64,000 nt of DNA from Phoronis australis (taxonomy: Eukaryota > Animalia > Phoronida): assembly GCA_002633005.1 (NCBI GenBank), contig NMRA01000217.1:424567-488566 (forward strand). The letters run 5' to 3'. The translations under genes and the position numbers were made by a program. The notes under the pieces are model-generated. The model saw nothing but the letters and a program-made list of their open reading frames with translations. It was not told the origin of the DNA and did no database searches. This document shows, in pieces, positions 12,301 to 23,372 of the stretch. Position 1 is the first letter of the stretch. Each line of letters starts with the position of its first letter.

Positions 12301-15300
12301 AAATGCCACAATTAAGTACAAAAATCACTTTCATTCATCGTTTTCTTTATTGAAAAAGTGAGCATTCGATTTTCATTATTTGAGTTCCTGCCACTTCTTA
12401 CCTCCCCTCACAGAGAAGCCAAGATTTTCATTCTGTTTCCTACTGAGGCGGATCACATGTAATTTACCGGTGGGCATTCTGGGAGCCTGCCTGTCATACT
12501 GCAGCTGCTGATTGGGTGGTATGAGTGATCTGGAAAATAAACTCTGATGTCAGTGGCCAATGAAAGTGACTTGGAAGATACACACGACTGTCATTGCGTG
12601 AAGTTGGACACATGCAAAGCATATTTGGCAGTGATTTGCCGACAGTGGTGACCAAGAAAAAGCTTTCACAGGGGGCGTCCCAAAGCCAATGCACAGCCCT
12701 GCTACACACCACGGCCCAATTCAGTGATTGGCATTTAAGACAGCAACACTTTCCCTAGTGGCAAAACACCAGTATTGTGAGCAGTTATAAGTCAAGTGTC
12801 ACTTTTGCTGGAACTTTACCTCAGAGTTCCAGGCACTTAAGCTAACACTCTGGAAGCCCGACTGCTCACTTCAAAGAACACTCATGCACAGGGAAAAGAG
12901 GTCATTGTTTATCATTGCATTAACCACTTCACAGCAGTAAGTGAACAAGCTTTTATAAAACATCGTCTATTTTCGCTTTCAAAGTAATTCACGTGGTGAG
13001 AAAACAAACTACGTGCTGCTAAAAACGTCTCTTATACATATAGCATATCTGTCTGGCTAAAACGCCTGAAAAAGACTGACGGCATTTCTCGCCACTCACG
13101 AGAACATTGTATAACTTGAGGGTCAATCACGTAATACGACCAGTTTTAAAACTACAGCCATTTCATAAATAGACACATAGATGACACAAAATGTTTTTTT
13201 AGGAAGTTTCTCTTTCACAAGCAATGATATCAATGTAGTATGTATTCCATTCCTGTACCAGCCAAGGGAACTTCATTGTTGTCACTAAGTATAATACAGT
13301 ATTCAGTAAATCTAATCAGGCCTGAAGATAAGAATTTAGCAGTTTATCACGTTGATAACAACAAATCCCACACTGGCATTAATTTAAATGATTTTGGATC
13401 ACCAAAGCAAAGCAAAGCAAGTCTTCATGTCCCTGCTCAGGGTTTTTCAAAACCTGTCTTAAGCTGTCACTGTGACCTGTTTGGCAGCACTTGCAACACA
13501 TTTGAATGGCCAGTGACATGAGTGTTAAACTGGCAAGCCTGGAAATTGAACAGTGGGCGCTTACCTGTGCATGGGTGGTTAACCGCTGAGCCACAGACTG
13601 ACCATAGTCACTAATGACCTTTGAAATTGAAGTACAGAGACCCAAAGTTCAAATTACTTCCCATAACTGTAAGGACAGTTGCCGAAACAAAAGTTAAATC
13701 GGCACGCTCTACATGACAAGTATGGGAGTAGGTAAGTACGCAATTTGAAAATTGTCAAAAGTAGGTGGTGGGCACTTATGGCACATTTTTGCCGTTCGCG
13801 CACTTTTGACCTGTTTGGATTTTCAGTTGTGGAGAACACTTAGACCCAAATCAACAAACCTCAGCTCCTCAAAGAACAGCAGATCATCGGGGTGATGTAT
13901 GAGGCCTTTGGCACAAGCAAGCAGCAGGGACAGGTCCAGAGAACTGAAAGGAATAGTTGAGAACATTTAACACCAGAATGCCATTCCAACAGGCAAATAT
14001 GGATAGCCTAGTAATCCAAATTTCACCTACCTGGCTATTTCTGGGCTGGAAATACACTTCATATATAAGGCAATACATTTCAGCCAAATCAGTGAAATAC
14101 AGCAAACAGCAATATATAATCCGTTGACAGCGTCAATAATTCGCAAGAAATTCACATAACACTTCACAGATTTCAGATAGATTCAGTGGTAGAAGTACGT
14201 TGCTCACCAGCAAATTATCGAGATAAGGAGAACTGACAAACTTATAATGTTGGCGCATAAATTTAAAATGACTGGAAGCTTAAGGAAATCGGTAAAATAA
14301 AACTTGCAAGTGATTGATAACAAAGCAAAGAATAAAAGGATGCATCTGTCACTTAATAGCAATTCAACTTGGATGCCCCACAACACGCTTTCGTCAAGAG
14401 GACGTCCAGGGTGTCCAGATGGACACAATAACTCAAATTTAGACACCATAGCCAGGTCACCCTGTTCAGCAAGTAAACTAATAAGCCTCATTTCACTTGC
14501 CTGCAGCAGCTCTGCAATCTCATTGCCTCACAAGAATACGAAAAGCTGATTTAGAGATGACGTAAAATATGGAAAACTTTGAATTATCATTAGGCAACTC
14601 TTATGCTGACAAGATTTGCATGCAAGTGCACGAGAAAGCGTGCACTGTTTACCCCAGAGAATCCAGTGAATTCCTTGGCACATCAAGGGCTGGGTGTCGC
14701 TGTCACAGACTGAAGTGAGCTAGTTGCTATTCATGGGATGGGATTGGCTGAATGTGCATTGGATGAGATAGTTGTGTACCAATGCGCCTCTTTAGCATAC
14801 AAGTTTCAAAGTCAGAAAACGAGGAATTAAAGGCAAACAGCCAACATGACTGTTTTTAAAATTGAAAAGTTTATCTTAGCCGTTTTTGAATTTCTAAAAT
14901 TGATGGCATTGTAAGAGAAGTTAACACATGGGTTTTCTTTAGCAGCGCAGCTAAGCCACCTGCATCAATTTTTGAATCGATTAGGATGGGCTAGTCAAAG
15001 TCTGGCTTAAGCTTGGTTAGGCTTCGGGGTAAGAAGACCTCAAATGTCAGTGTAGCAGTTACCTCATGTTGCAGAACCATGTCAATAGTTTAGTTTAACA
15101 TACCACACTGTAACAGTAACTTGACTCGAGGTCATTAAAACGGGGTCATGCATCATTGGTCAGGGATGCCCTGAGAAATTGGAAAACCCATTTGGATGGT
15201 TTATTTTTGAAATCATGGATAAGCGCCTGCCCTAGTCACAAATTTCTTGACTTTATAAGTGTTTTGTCGTCAGCCAATCAGAACACTTCATAACCCATGC

Positions 15301-16103
15301 TTACCTCTGATAGTCTTTCAGTGCTTGAAAGAATTTGTCTCGGTCCTTTTCACTAGGAATCAGTTCACTAACCTGCAATATATAGCTATTATTTTGAAAT
15401 GTAGGACTCATAGGTACATTTTTCATCATTTTGTAAATGTTTCAGGTGCGTATTTTGTTGTCTGCCAAGGTATTGCATTATCCAGTCAAGATCTTGATGT
15501 CTCAGCAGCAGACCCCTGCCCATTTTTGGAAAGAACCCCACCCCGGACTAAACTAGTCATGGAACCGCGCTCCAGCGAATCTAGGGTAGTGACATCACGC
15601 GGAAGTTATGTCACATCCCGGGAGTTTTAGAATGCCTGTATAGCAGCAGTTCAGAGTTAGTGAGTTGCCACCCTGATGTACTGAGGGTTCAAGTGTTCAC
15701 TGTGTCAGGGACCAGTGTCAGGGACCAGTGTATATCCAGTTAGGTAAGCTGTCTTCTAATGGTATAATATATTAAAATAACGTGGTAAGGGCGGAACACA
15801 ACAGTCCCCGAATGTTTGGTGTGTCTCGCCCGTCTCTATGTTAATACCTGCGGCATACATGGCGATGTAATTGCCTATGAGTATGACATTTGTACTGTTG
15901 ACAGTAGAAAACCGACCGTCTCAGCACAGCGAGTTCAACGTTGACTGAGACTTAATCATAAGAAACAAGAGAGAAAGTCACAGGAAGAAGCAAATAAAAC
16001 AGACCTATTGAATATAAAGAAAGTAGATAGGTTTCGAACAGTTTGTGTCACACCATAAACCACTTACAACGTCGTGAAATTCGCGAGCAACTTCTTGCTC
16101 CAT
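188..16103 (-). CDS. USH1C: Harmonin (Usher 1C PDZ scaffold) orthologue, 5' part of a multi-exon gene; 3' end lies beyond the left window edge
   Basis: Manually spliced GT-AG exons join in frame: [118 protein letters not shown]...HEEALNLIR... then PDZ2 ([43 protein letters not shown]) and a coiled coil. This is collinear with human harmonin as recalled ([24 protein letters not shown]...RPLIPLKHQVEYD...GLGCSISSGPIQKPGIFI). ATG is in a GCCATGG Kozak context. A polypyrimidine tract at positions 1-20 on the minus strand suggests the next acceptor is just outside the window. Confidence 0.95.
948..1069 (-). CDS. USH1C: Harmonin coiled-coil exon (122 nt, [19 protein letters not shown]...LKQEWLKEE)
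   Basis: ttttgtttccag acceptor, GAG|gtaaga donor, phase 1 to 0; E/K/R-rich. Confidence 0.85.
1636..1677 (-). CDS. USH1C: Tentative symmetric cassette exon (42 nt, [14 protein letters not shown])
   Basis: ctgtttttctctatcaagaacag acceptor, consensus CG|gtgagt donor, phase 1 to 1. Confidence 0.45.
2858..2909 (-). CDS. USH1C: Tentative harmonin exon (52 nt, [17 protein letters not shown])
   Basis: gattcag acceptor (weak), G|gtaact donor, phase 0 to 1; coiled-coil-like composition. Confidence 0.5.
3933..3952 (-). CDS. USH1C: Tentative harmonin microexon (20 nt, GDEHITE)
   Basis: cttttattggcag acceptor, GAG|gtacca donor, phase 1 to 0; no homology support. Confidence 0.4.
5379..5431 (-). CDS. USH1C: Harmonin exon 12 (53 nt, [17 protein letters not shown])
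   Basis: tcttgttctttag acceptor, G|gtaata donor; phase 2 to 1, compatible with exon 11; charged composition. Confidence 0.72.
5730..5869 (-). CDS. USH1C: Harmonin exon 11 (140 nt, [18 protein letters not shown]...)
   Basis: catgtag acceptor, GA|gtatgt donor; matches GRELFMTDRERLAE. Confidence 0.85.
6445..6590. repeat. 36-bp minisatellite, 4 copies, in harmonin intron 10
   Basis: Unit ACACTAGATTGGTAGACAGAATGGCATTGAAATGTG at 6445, 6481, 6517 and 6553, head to tail. Confidence 0.95.
6684..6740 (-). CDS. USH1C: Harmonin exon 10 (57 nt, [19 protein letters not shown])
   Basis: tatcttccag acceptor, ACG|gtatgt donor; matches AVNVLKSSRSLTISIVAAA. Confidence 0.9.
6889..7033 (-). CDS. USH1C: Harmonin exon 9 (145 nt; PDZ2 core)
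   Basis: ctctcttgcag acceptor, GAG|gtaggc donor; [48 protein letters not shown]. Confidence 0.95.
8265..8350 (-). CDS. USH1C: Harmonin exon 8 (86 nt; start of PDZ2, ...[16 protein letters not shown])
   Basis: aattttag acceptor, AG|gtaaga donor; xLGC loop as in harmonin PDZ2. Confidence 0.9.
8762..8825 (-). CDS. USH1C: Harmonin exon 7 (64 nt, [21 protein letters not shown])
   Basis: ttttatttatag acceptor, AAA|gtaagt donor; matches PDEPLTWQYVD. Confidence 0.88.
9629..9653 (-). CDS. USH1C: Harmonin exon 6 (25-nt microexon, SIGMIPEKQ)
   Basis: ccttttatttcag acceptor, CA|gtaagt donor, phase 1 to 2; matches HIGLIPVKS. Confidence 0.88.
11330..11512 (-). CDS. USH1C: Harmonin exon 5 (183 nt; PDZ1 core)
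   Basis: tgtttcag acceptor, A|gtaagc donor; [13 protein letters not shown]...[30 protein letters not shown]. Confidence 0.95.
11803..12202. mobile_element. Old fold-back (palindromic) MITE-like element in harmonin intron 4
   Basis: Diverged inverted arms: ctatttctgtatgaacccaagataa vs reverse complement ctacatttgtgcaaactcaagataa; actcgatgacccctag vs actcttgacgaccctag. Confidence 0.65.
12402..12529 (-). CDS. USH1C: Harmonin exon 4 (128 nt; end of N-domain and start of PDZ1, NLGFSVRGG)
   Basis: ttattttccag acceptor, G|gtaaga donor; LIP..Q..YD motif and a GLGF-type loop. Confidence 0.94.
13860..13943 (-). CDS. USH1C: Harmonin exon 3 (84 nt, [28 protein letters not shown])
   Basis: ttcctttcag acceptor, AG|gtttgt donor, phase 2 to 2; aligns with [28 protein letters not shown]. 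Confidence 0.85.
15305..15372 (-). CDS. USH1C: Harmonin exon 2 (68 nt, [22 protein letters not shown])
   Basis: ttgcag acceptor, AG|gtaagc donor, phase 0 to 2; N-domain similarity. Confidence 0.92.
16068..16103 (-). CDS. USH1C: Harmonin coding exon 1 (36 nt, [12 protein letters not shown])
   Basis: GCCATGG start; donor GTT|gtaagt; matches the harmonin N-terminus pattern M...VAREF. Confidence 0.93.
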
Positions 16104-19100
16104 GGCGAAGGACTCCACCTTGGTTCACTGGCGACATCTATTGAACCTGAAGTGATCGCGACATCTGCCGGTTATAAAGACCGACCCAGAACCGATGGCC
16201 GAGGAAACTCGGTCCCGCTGACGATAAGACTGAGTCCCGACCGCGGCTCCTTACGACTTGTCTATTTTTCCACTACTAATGGCCAGTTCACCCTAAAAGC
16301 CAAAATTATATCTTCATCTCATCCCATCCCACCAACCTTTATTTTGAAAAAATATACCGGGCTCAGTCTTGAAAATCGGCACATTAACTGAGAAGCCACG
16401 ATTCTCTAGCGTGGAACTTGCTTGGGGAACGATTTTTTTCATGTCCATCAGCGTGGTTTACTAACTCTGCCCTCTGTGAAAGGGTTGGTCAAAGTTGAAG
16501 CTATATGTTTACACTCTCGAGTGCGACGGTTGGGTCGGAGCTAGTCGGCCATGGAGAAAATGAAATACTTCACAACTTGAAACCGCGATGACCGTGACCG
16601 TGACGGATGCAGTCTCAACTAGAACGAGCAACTAATTGAAACGCTTTGATCATTTCTGAGCTTCCCATTTCCTGTCAACCCGCTATGAATAGTGACCACG
16701 ACCACTCACATGCCAGTGCACTACCGTTATAAAGTTAGTCTCTTGCTAGTCTCAGTTGTATAAGCCAGTGCTGGTCTACTGAGATAGTTCGTTCCTCAAG
16801 ACCATTCTCTCCACGACAACGGTACCACACTTAACTTAAGTGACATTACAGGCGAGAAAAGTGATTTTCGGATATCAGGCCAAACGCGGATTTGAACTTG
16901 CACACCTTGCAATTCCGGCCAGTTAATGGAACCCTATACTGGCGGAGTTTTTAAGCATAACTGGAAAAGACATAGACCCTCAGCTCATAAACAACGTCGA
17001 TAATTAGAGTTTTGTAATTAAACTTCTAAAACTCAACGGGTTTTGTTGATTTTCCGTAGCTCTGACCAAAGCTAATAAGTTAAAATAATGTATGCCATCC
17101 GACACTAATCCCAACATGCATTTTCGGCAGTCAAACCCATAACGCTTTTGTCATTTTTTTGTCAAAATCAAATTTTGTGACTTGGATTGTGCGTGTGAGT
17201 AAAAAATGGCTGTTTATGATAGTCATGGGTAGCTTGCCAACCGATAGGCCTAATTATCATCAGGAGCTGGCGATAACATTTGAGTGAAAATAATATTGAA
17301 AACCATGTGACCAACAAGTTTAGAATTATCGCACTTACCAAAAACTTTGCCCATTTTGATGTTCGTTGATTCTGCTTTACAGTTGCAATTAAGTTTTAAT
17401 TCAAACCTATTATCAGTACATTTTTGGCCACATGTTGTTCTTACGGCCGAGAGGTCACCACGTTTTTGATTGGGTGAGTTACTAAAATACATATTTAGAA
17501 CAAAAACGTGACAGGTAGATGATTGCAGATTTGACCGTGTACACTCAAACTTTCGCAAGTAATTGTTTCTATAAATGTCTATCTGCTATACTTTAATTTA
17601 TTTAATTTAAAAGTAAATCGGTTGAACATTCTCATTACATGGTTATTAGGATGTTTTAAGTGATGACGTATCTGTTACTATACCACCATGACGAGATTTG
17701 GACCACCAAATATGAATAGAAATGCATGACCATATTAACATTTTCTAAAAAATGAAGGTCTTATGTTTTTTCAGATTTACCTACCTACGGAGCCAATTTA
17801 GCATTTGAATTTTTATAAAAAGTTGTGTGTAGAATTGGTTGAATACACGACATTTGTCGTTATTAACAATCTTTATTACGTCCCGTTCGTGTCTTTGGAA
17901 CCATTTTCGACGCTCAACAGAACATTGATAAAGCAACTGACCAAGAGACATGATTAAAAGACGCACGACATTTCCGATATGTCTAAAATACTAGTTTCAT
18001 TCTCAAGTGGAAGTAAAATGACGCAGTTAAACATGTACGAACACAGAGCAAANAAATATTACTCGCTGAAAAGAAAACTCTCCAAGCCTATTGCTTTGTC
18101 ATCATTTTTTTGTTTGATTCTATTTGTTCGCAAGCTACATGTCGCAGGCCATGATCGGCGGGTGACGTGTCTGTCGGGTACCAACGTCTATAGAATCCTC
18201 GTGAATATCAGGATTTTGGTGTGGTTCTTACTGTATTTCGAGTTAAAAGAAGAATGTGTGTTGAACAAAAATTTAATGGTAAATCGATTTACTGTATTTG
18301 CGCAGGCTTTTCATTACTCGGCACTACTAGAGCTGCTAGTAAGTGCTAGTTTTCTAGACTGTGCGCTAGGACATCAGCGAAACGAATACAGCCGGGAGCG
18401 ACTTTCCAATCTAGACGAAATATAGAAATAGAAGACAATGTCTCTTGTGTTACGTTTTAATGAATTAGACACATTTTGTATCGTTACAAGTCTGTGTTTT
18501 TAACAACAACGTGTGATTCGCGGTAGTTTTGGGAAATATAATAGTAGGTTTTTATGGTAGCATTCATGGTTATTTCAACCGATTTTTAATTTAATTCTAT
18601 TGTTGGAAAATGTGGTGTTGTTTAAGCCCAATATTTGTCTGGTCCATGTGCCAATGAAGTGTTTGTTTCACTGTTTTAGAAAATTTCCATGAGCCTGTAT
18701 CATTAGAATTAACCCGGGGAATACCCTGCACATGGATACTGAACACGATCTATACCGTCAATAGTTATTGAACTGAATTTATTAATCCGACATGAATTGC
18801 AAGTTATCGCACCTGTTCTAGTTGGTTGATACTAAAGCGAGCCATTAGTCCGAGTTGTTATTTTTATGTTCAGCTTGTGCTGAAAATTGACTTAATTATT
18901 TCAGTCTACGAACGTCCACGTGGGGTATGCGTGCTATAAACTATCTGAGTGTTTTTTGTTTTATTTAGATTAAAAGCGATTGTGTTTAGAACCATGCGTT
19001 AGTCAGGTGAGTGTTCCCAGATTAGTTTACAAGACTATTCCAACGCCGCAATAAGAGGTTCTGTTTGCAAATTGCGAGCTAAAGTGAACAGTTTGGACTT

Positions 19101-19839
19101 AAACTTTCAAATACAATTAATTTGCATCAACAGCAATTGATCAATGCTCATGTGGTCATGCATGTACAAGTAAATAATTACATATTTAATCTAGCAACGG
19201 TTGTCAGAAAACCTCAGTCAAAATATTACTGAAAACTGGATGTATTCACTGCTCTACAAGCTCTTGCTCCTGTTTTGCGAGACAAAGACAACATATAAAT
19301 GTATTTCTCTTCATAAATTCTTATTTTGATATTACTCTCAAGTACACGTTAGCAGCAATAGCAACATATCAATAGAAAATGCATGAATACATCGCACAAG
19401 TTATCGGGAATCGAAAATATTGAAATACTTCCTTCGTGTTTTGCCGTTGCACTAAAATTAAAATAAAATAGTTCATGTTTGAAGTAATCACCACTGCAAA
19501 ACAAAACGCAAACAATTGATCTTTGCAAATTTTTAAATTGAAGTACAAGTTGACACACACCTCGATAATTTCTCTTTCAAATCTGTCCCTTGGCTTCGAG
19601 CACAAGTTTCGAGATAAAGACGCTTCTATCTTACAAAACCGTAGTAACTCAGCAAGAAATGAAAACACAAATGCTGTCGGGAAGTAGCGCCTCATGAAAC
19701 TGGGCCAAAGAGAAACGCTAAAACTCATTTCGTGTTCCTTGCCAACTCCAAATTGCAGGCATGAAGCGACACCCTAACCCTGGTTAATAAGGCTGGCGGC
19801 TATGCTCCGTCTCCGTCTACGGACTACCACTCCTCACTA

Positions 19840-20130
19840 CATTGACAGAGCCCTCGATGCCTTGATCTTGCTTCCGAATATCGGACACATTCCGCCTTGA
19901 AAAATATTTTGACGCGATATTCCCCTCACCAGGCCCATAAGTTCCCTCAAGGATCTGTTAACTTCTGCTCGTGGCATTACCAATGAATTTGGGGAGGGGG
20001 ATTGTCCTCTCAACCAAATAAGTTCTCGGGTGAGCCAGGGCTCTGTTTGCATTCGACAACCACCAGTCATCGGTTTTTGGCGTCGAGCACGGTAATTCAT
20101 CTGAAGCAGTCGTTAGACTAGCTCTGGCAT
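19840..20130 (-). pseudogene. Possible degenerate LTR-retrotransposon (Gypsy-like) gag fragment
   Basis: Stop-interrupted minus-strand frame ...RTYLVERTIPLPKFIG..., reminiscent of the (L/I)PKFSG motif at the start of Gypsy/PNMA-type capsid domains; locally higher GC. Confidence 0.3.
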
Positions 20131-20698
20131 GTTCGCTGTGTTTTTATGAATTTCGGATAGTCTTAGTTGGAGAGAGATGTTTCAAACTGAACTTGTTTAC
20201 CAAGAAAATCTCACTGTGGTAACTAAACCAGAAAACCAAAGTAATAAACTGACCTTCAGATGAACTGTGTTTACTTCAATTCAAGCATGTCTAAACAAGA
20301 AATAAATTACTTCCTCAATGGATTACCAGGCGAAATAAATCAATGTTTATGACTTCTCCAAAGTACGATTGGGCTCGTATAGTACATGTATGTGTAGGTG
20401 GAATTGATTTTACCGCAATGAGGAAGCTGGTTGTGTAGCGATACATCTAATTCTTGTCATAGCTCCTGCCCGCCAGCCTAAAACAAGTGTAGAACACATG
20501 AAAACAACGATACACACTGTGAAACAACCAAATAGGCCTAAGTACTGTTATTTAGAAACTAGGGTTCGCAGTTATTCTTGAGTCGTAATGAAATCAAACT
20601 TCTACTGAAGTCAACGTAATCAATTTTATGGCTCAGAGGAAATGGCGTCAAATTTGTTGAACTGGTTTCGAAGATCACAATTTTGCATCAGTCTAGTG

Positions 20699-23372
20699 TA
20701 CATTGGCGTGTGTTTCACAACAAAAGAAAAGCAAACAATTAACACACAGTCTTATGGTTGGTTTACATATCACTTCTAAAAATAAAACCTTTTTCTTGCA
20801 TTTTTATGATCCGTGCTCCAAACTTTTAAGTTTTGAAAAACATATTTCATCGTCATAATGTTTTACTTCATTTTTATTTCATTTGCTGTAAATATTAAAC
20901 TTGCAGTTATCATATCATTTCCGGTTATTATTGCAACATCGGTAATTATACTATTGCATTTGCTATTAATATTACATTTGGGAGTATTTCCTACGCGGTT
21001 ATTATTGTATTTGAGATCACAATTACAGACGAGATTATTATTTCCTTTACAAAATTATTATATTTGCCGTTATTTTTATATTTGTCGTTATTATCATATT
21101 TGCCGTTATTATTATATTTTTCGTTATTATTATATTTGCCGTTATTATCATATTTGCCGTTATTATTATATTTTTCGTTATTATTATATTTTTCGTTATT
21201 ATTATATTTGTCGTTATTGTTATATTTGTCGTTATTATCATATTTGCCGTTATTATTATATTTGCCGTTATTATTATATTTGCCGTTATTAACATATTTG
21301 TCGTTATTATTATATTTGTCGTTATTGTTATATTTGTCGTTATTATTATATTTGCCGTTATTATTATATTTGCCGTTATTATTATATTTGCCGTTATTGT
21401 TATATTTGCGGTTATTAACGCTATTACACTCCTTGGTGCAGCTATGATTATTTTTGCCGTTATTAGTGCTTTTGCGATTGTTATTAAATTTGTGAATACT
21501 ATTACATTTGAGGTTATTTTTGATATTTGTGATTGCTATTACAAATGAAGTTACTATTACATTAGTTGTACCAGGCATTTTTACTTGTTAATGTGTTTAT
21601 GGTATTGCTACAAAATGTCAGTCTTTCAATATACTCCGAATGAATGAATAGTATACAAAACTTATTTTTCTTAATTATATTGTATGGGTCTTCAATGAAG
21701 CGATTTTTGCCTTTGTATATCCAGTTGTTTTATAACAAGTATCAAAATACGGATTATCCCCGCTATATCTCCCTCTCTCTACTACTATTGCAGTTTGGGT
21801 TATTATTTTGATTATTATATTTGCGGTTATTATTACTTTTGCAGTTATTGTTACATTTGCTGTTATTAGTACATTTGCGGTTATCAATACATCGATGGCT
21901 ATTATTACATTAGTGGTTATTATTACAGACGGTGATATTACTACATTTGTGATTATAATTACAGTTGCGCTCATTATCAACGTTGTGGTTATTATTTCAT
22001 AAGCGGTTATTAGGCCTATAACACTTGTATCACGGATAGTCTATACCCCCTGGCTGAGCTATGTCGGTCCACATCGACGCCGAAATTGTTATGACAACTT
22101 CCGATATAGTAAACCTAACTATACATTGGTGTGTGTTTCACAACACATGGAAATGAAACAATTAGCATACAGTCTTACGGTGGGTTAACAAATCACTTCT
22201 AAAAACGAAAATTATAACACGAGCAAGCAGAATGAATACTATTACTACAAATGCTTTAAAAAATAAAACCTGTTTCCTGCATTTTTACGTACCATGCTGT
22301 AAACGTAAACCATCTTTCTTCATCATGCTTTAGTTCATTTTAATTTCATTTGCGGTAAATATTAAACTTGTAGTTATCATAACATTTGCGGTCATTATTG
22401 AAATTTCGGTTATTATGCTATTGCATTTGCGATTAATGTTACATTTGCGAGTATTTCCTACGCGGTTATTAGTGTATCTGAGGCTATTACATCATTTCCA
22501 GTTACAAAACAGTTGTAATTATTATATCTTTTACAATATTATTATATGTGCCATTATCATCATATTTGCGGTTATTGTTAAATTTGTGAATACTATTACA
22601 TTTGAGGTTATATTTGATATTGATGTCTCTTATTGCAATTGCGATTGCTATTACAGTTGAAGGTATTATTGCATTAGCGGTGCCGGCTTTGTATATCCAA
22701 TTATATTATAATGATTTTTGCAAAAGTTTTTAAACGGATTACACAACCCTCTCTCTCTCCCTCTCTTTCGCCCTCTTTCTTTCTCTCTCTCTCTGGTTAC
22801 TATTGCAGCTTGGGTTATCATTTTGATTACCGTGATTAATATATATGCGATTACTATTTAATTTGTTGTTATTATTACTTTTGGCAGTTATTATAACTTT
22901 TGCAGTTATTAGTACATTTGCGGATATTATTATATTTACAATTTTTATTACTTTTGCAGTTCTTAATATATTTGAGGATATTATTGTAATGGAGGTTATT
23001 ATTAATGCTGCAGTTATTATTATATTTGCGGTTATTATTACTTTTGCGGTTACTACTAAATTTGCAGTTATTATTACTTTTGCGGTTTTTATTATATTTT
23101 TGATTATTTTTACGTTTACAGTTATTAGTGCATTTCCAGTTATTAATACAATGACGGTTGTTAATACATTGATGATTATTATTACATCTACGGTTATTAT
23201 TACAGTTGGTGTTATTACTACATTTGTGATTATTATTATTATCAACGTTGAGGTTATCATTTTATAAACGTTTATGAGGCCTATAACTCTTGCATCACAG
23301 TTAGACTACACCCCCACTGCTGTGTCATGTCGATCCACATCTACGCCGAAATTGTTATAAAACCTTTTGATA
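20699..23372. repeat. Diverged tandem duplication (units about 20699-22106 and 22122-23372) containing AT-rich 18-bp minisatellite arrays
   Basis: Both units start tacattgg(c/t)gtgtgtttcacaaca and end ...ccacatc(g/t)acgccgaaattgttat; both carry internal arrays of TATTTGCMGTTATTATTA-like units. Confidence 0.9.
21054..21418. repeat. Homogeneous 18-bp minisatellite, about 20 copies (TATTTGCCGTTATTATTA)
   Basis: Directly visible; produces the repetitive KYNNNG, YYICRY and LLYLPL ORFs in several frames. Confidence 0.95.

Noticed and set aside
13565-13666. Exon-like segment (cttacag ... CAG|gtaagc) in harmonin intron 3
   Set aside because: No harmonin similarity; exons 3 and 4 already join in frame and align without a gap. 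At most a poison or cryptic exon.
16074-16391. Plus-strand ORF overlapping harmonin exon 1 as a divergent gene
   Set aside because: GTG start, no recognisable domain; explained by the GC-richer promoter/5'UTR sequence.
16860-16945. Minus-strand B-box-like AGTTCAAATCC as a tRNA gene
   Set aside because: No A-box or cloverleaf; at most a decayed SINE head.
20858-23267. Long low-complexity ORFs (KYNNNG, YYICRY, LLYLPL, IIITAN)
   Set aside because: Open in several frames on both strands because the 18-bp unit lacks stops in those frames; no splice, signal-peptide or homology support.
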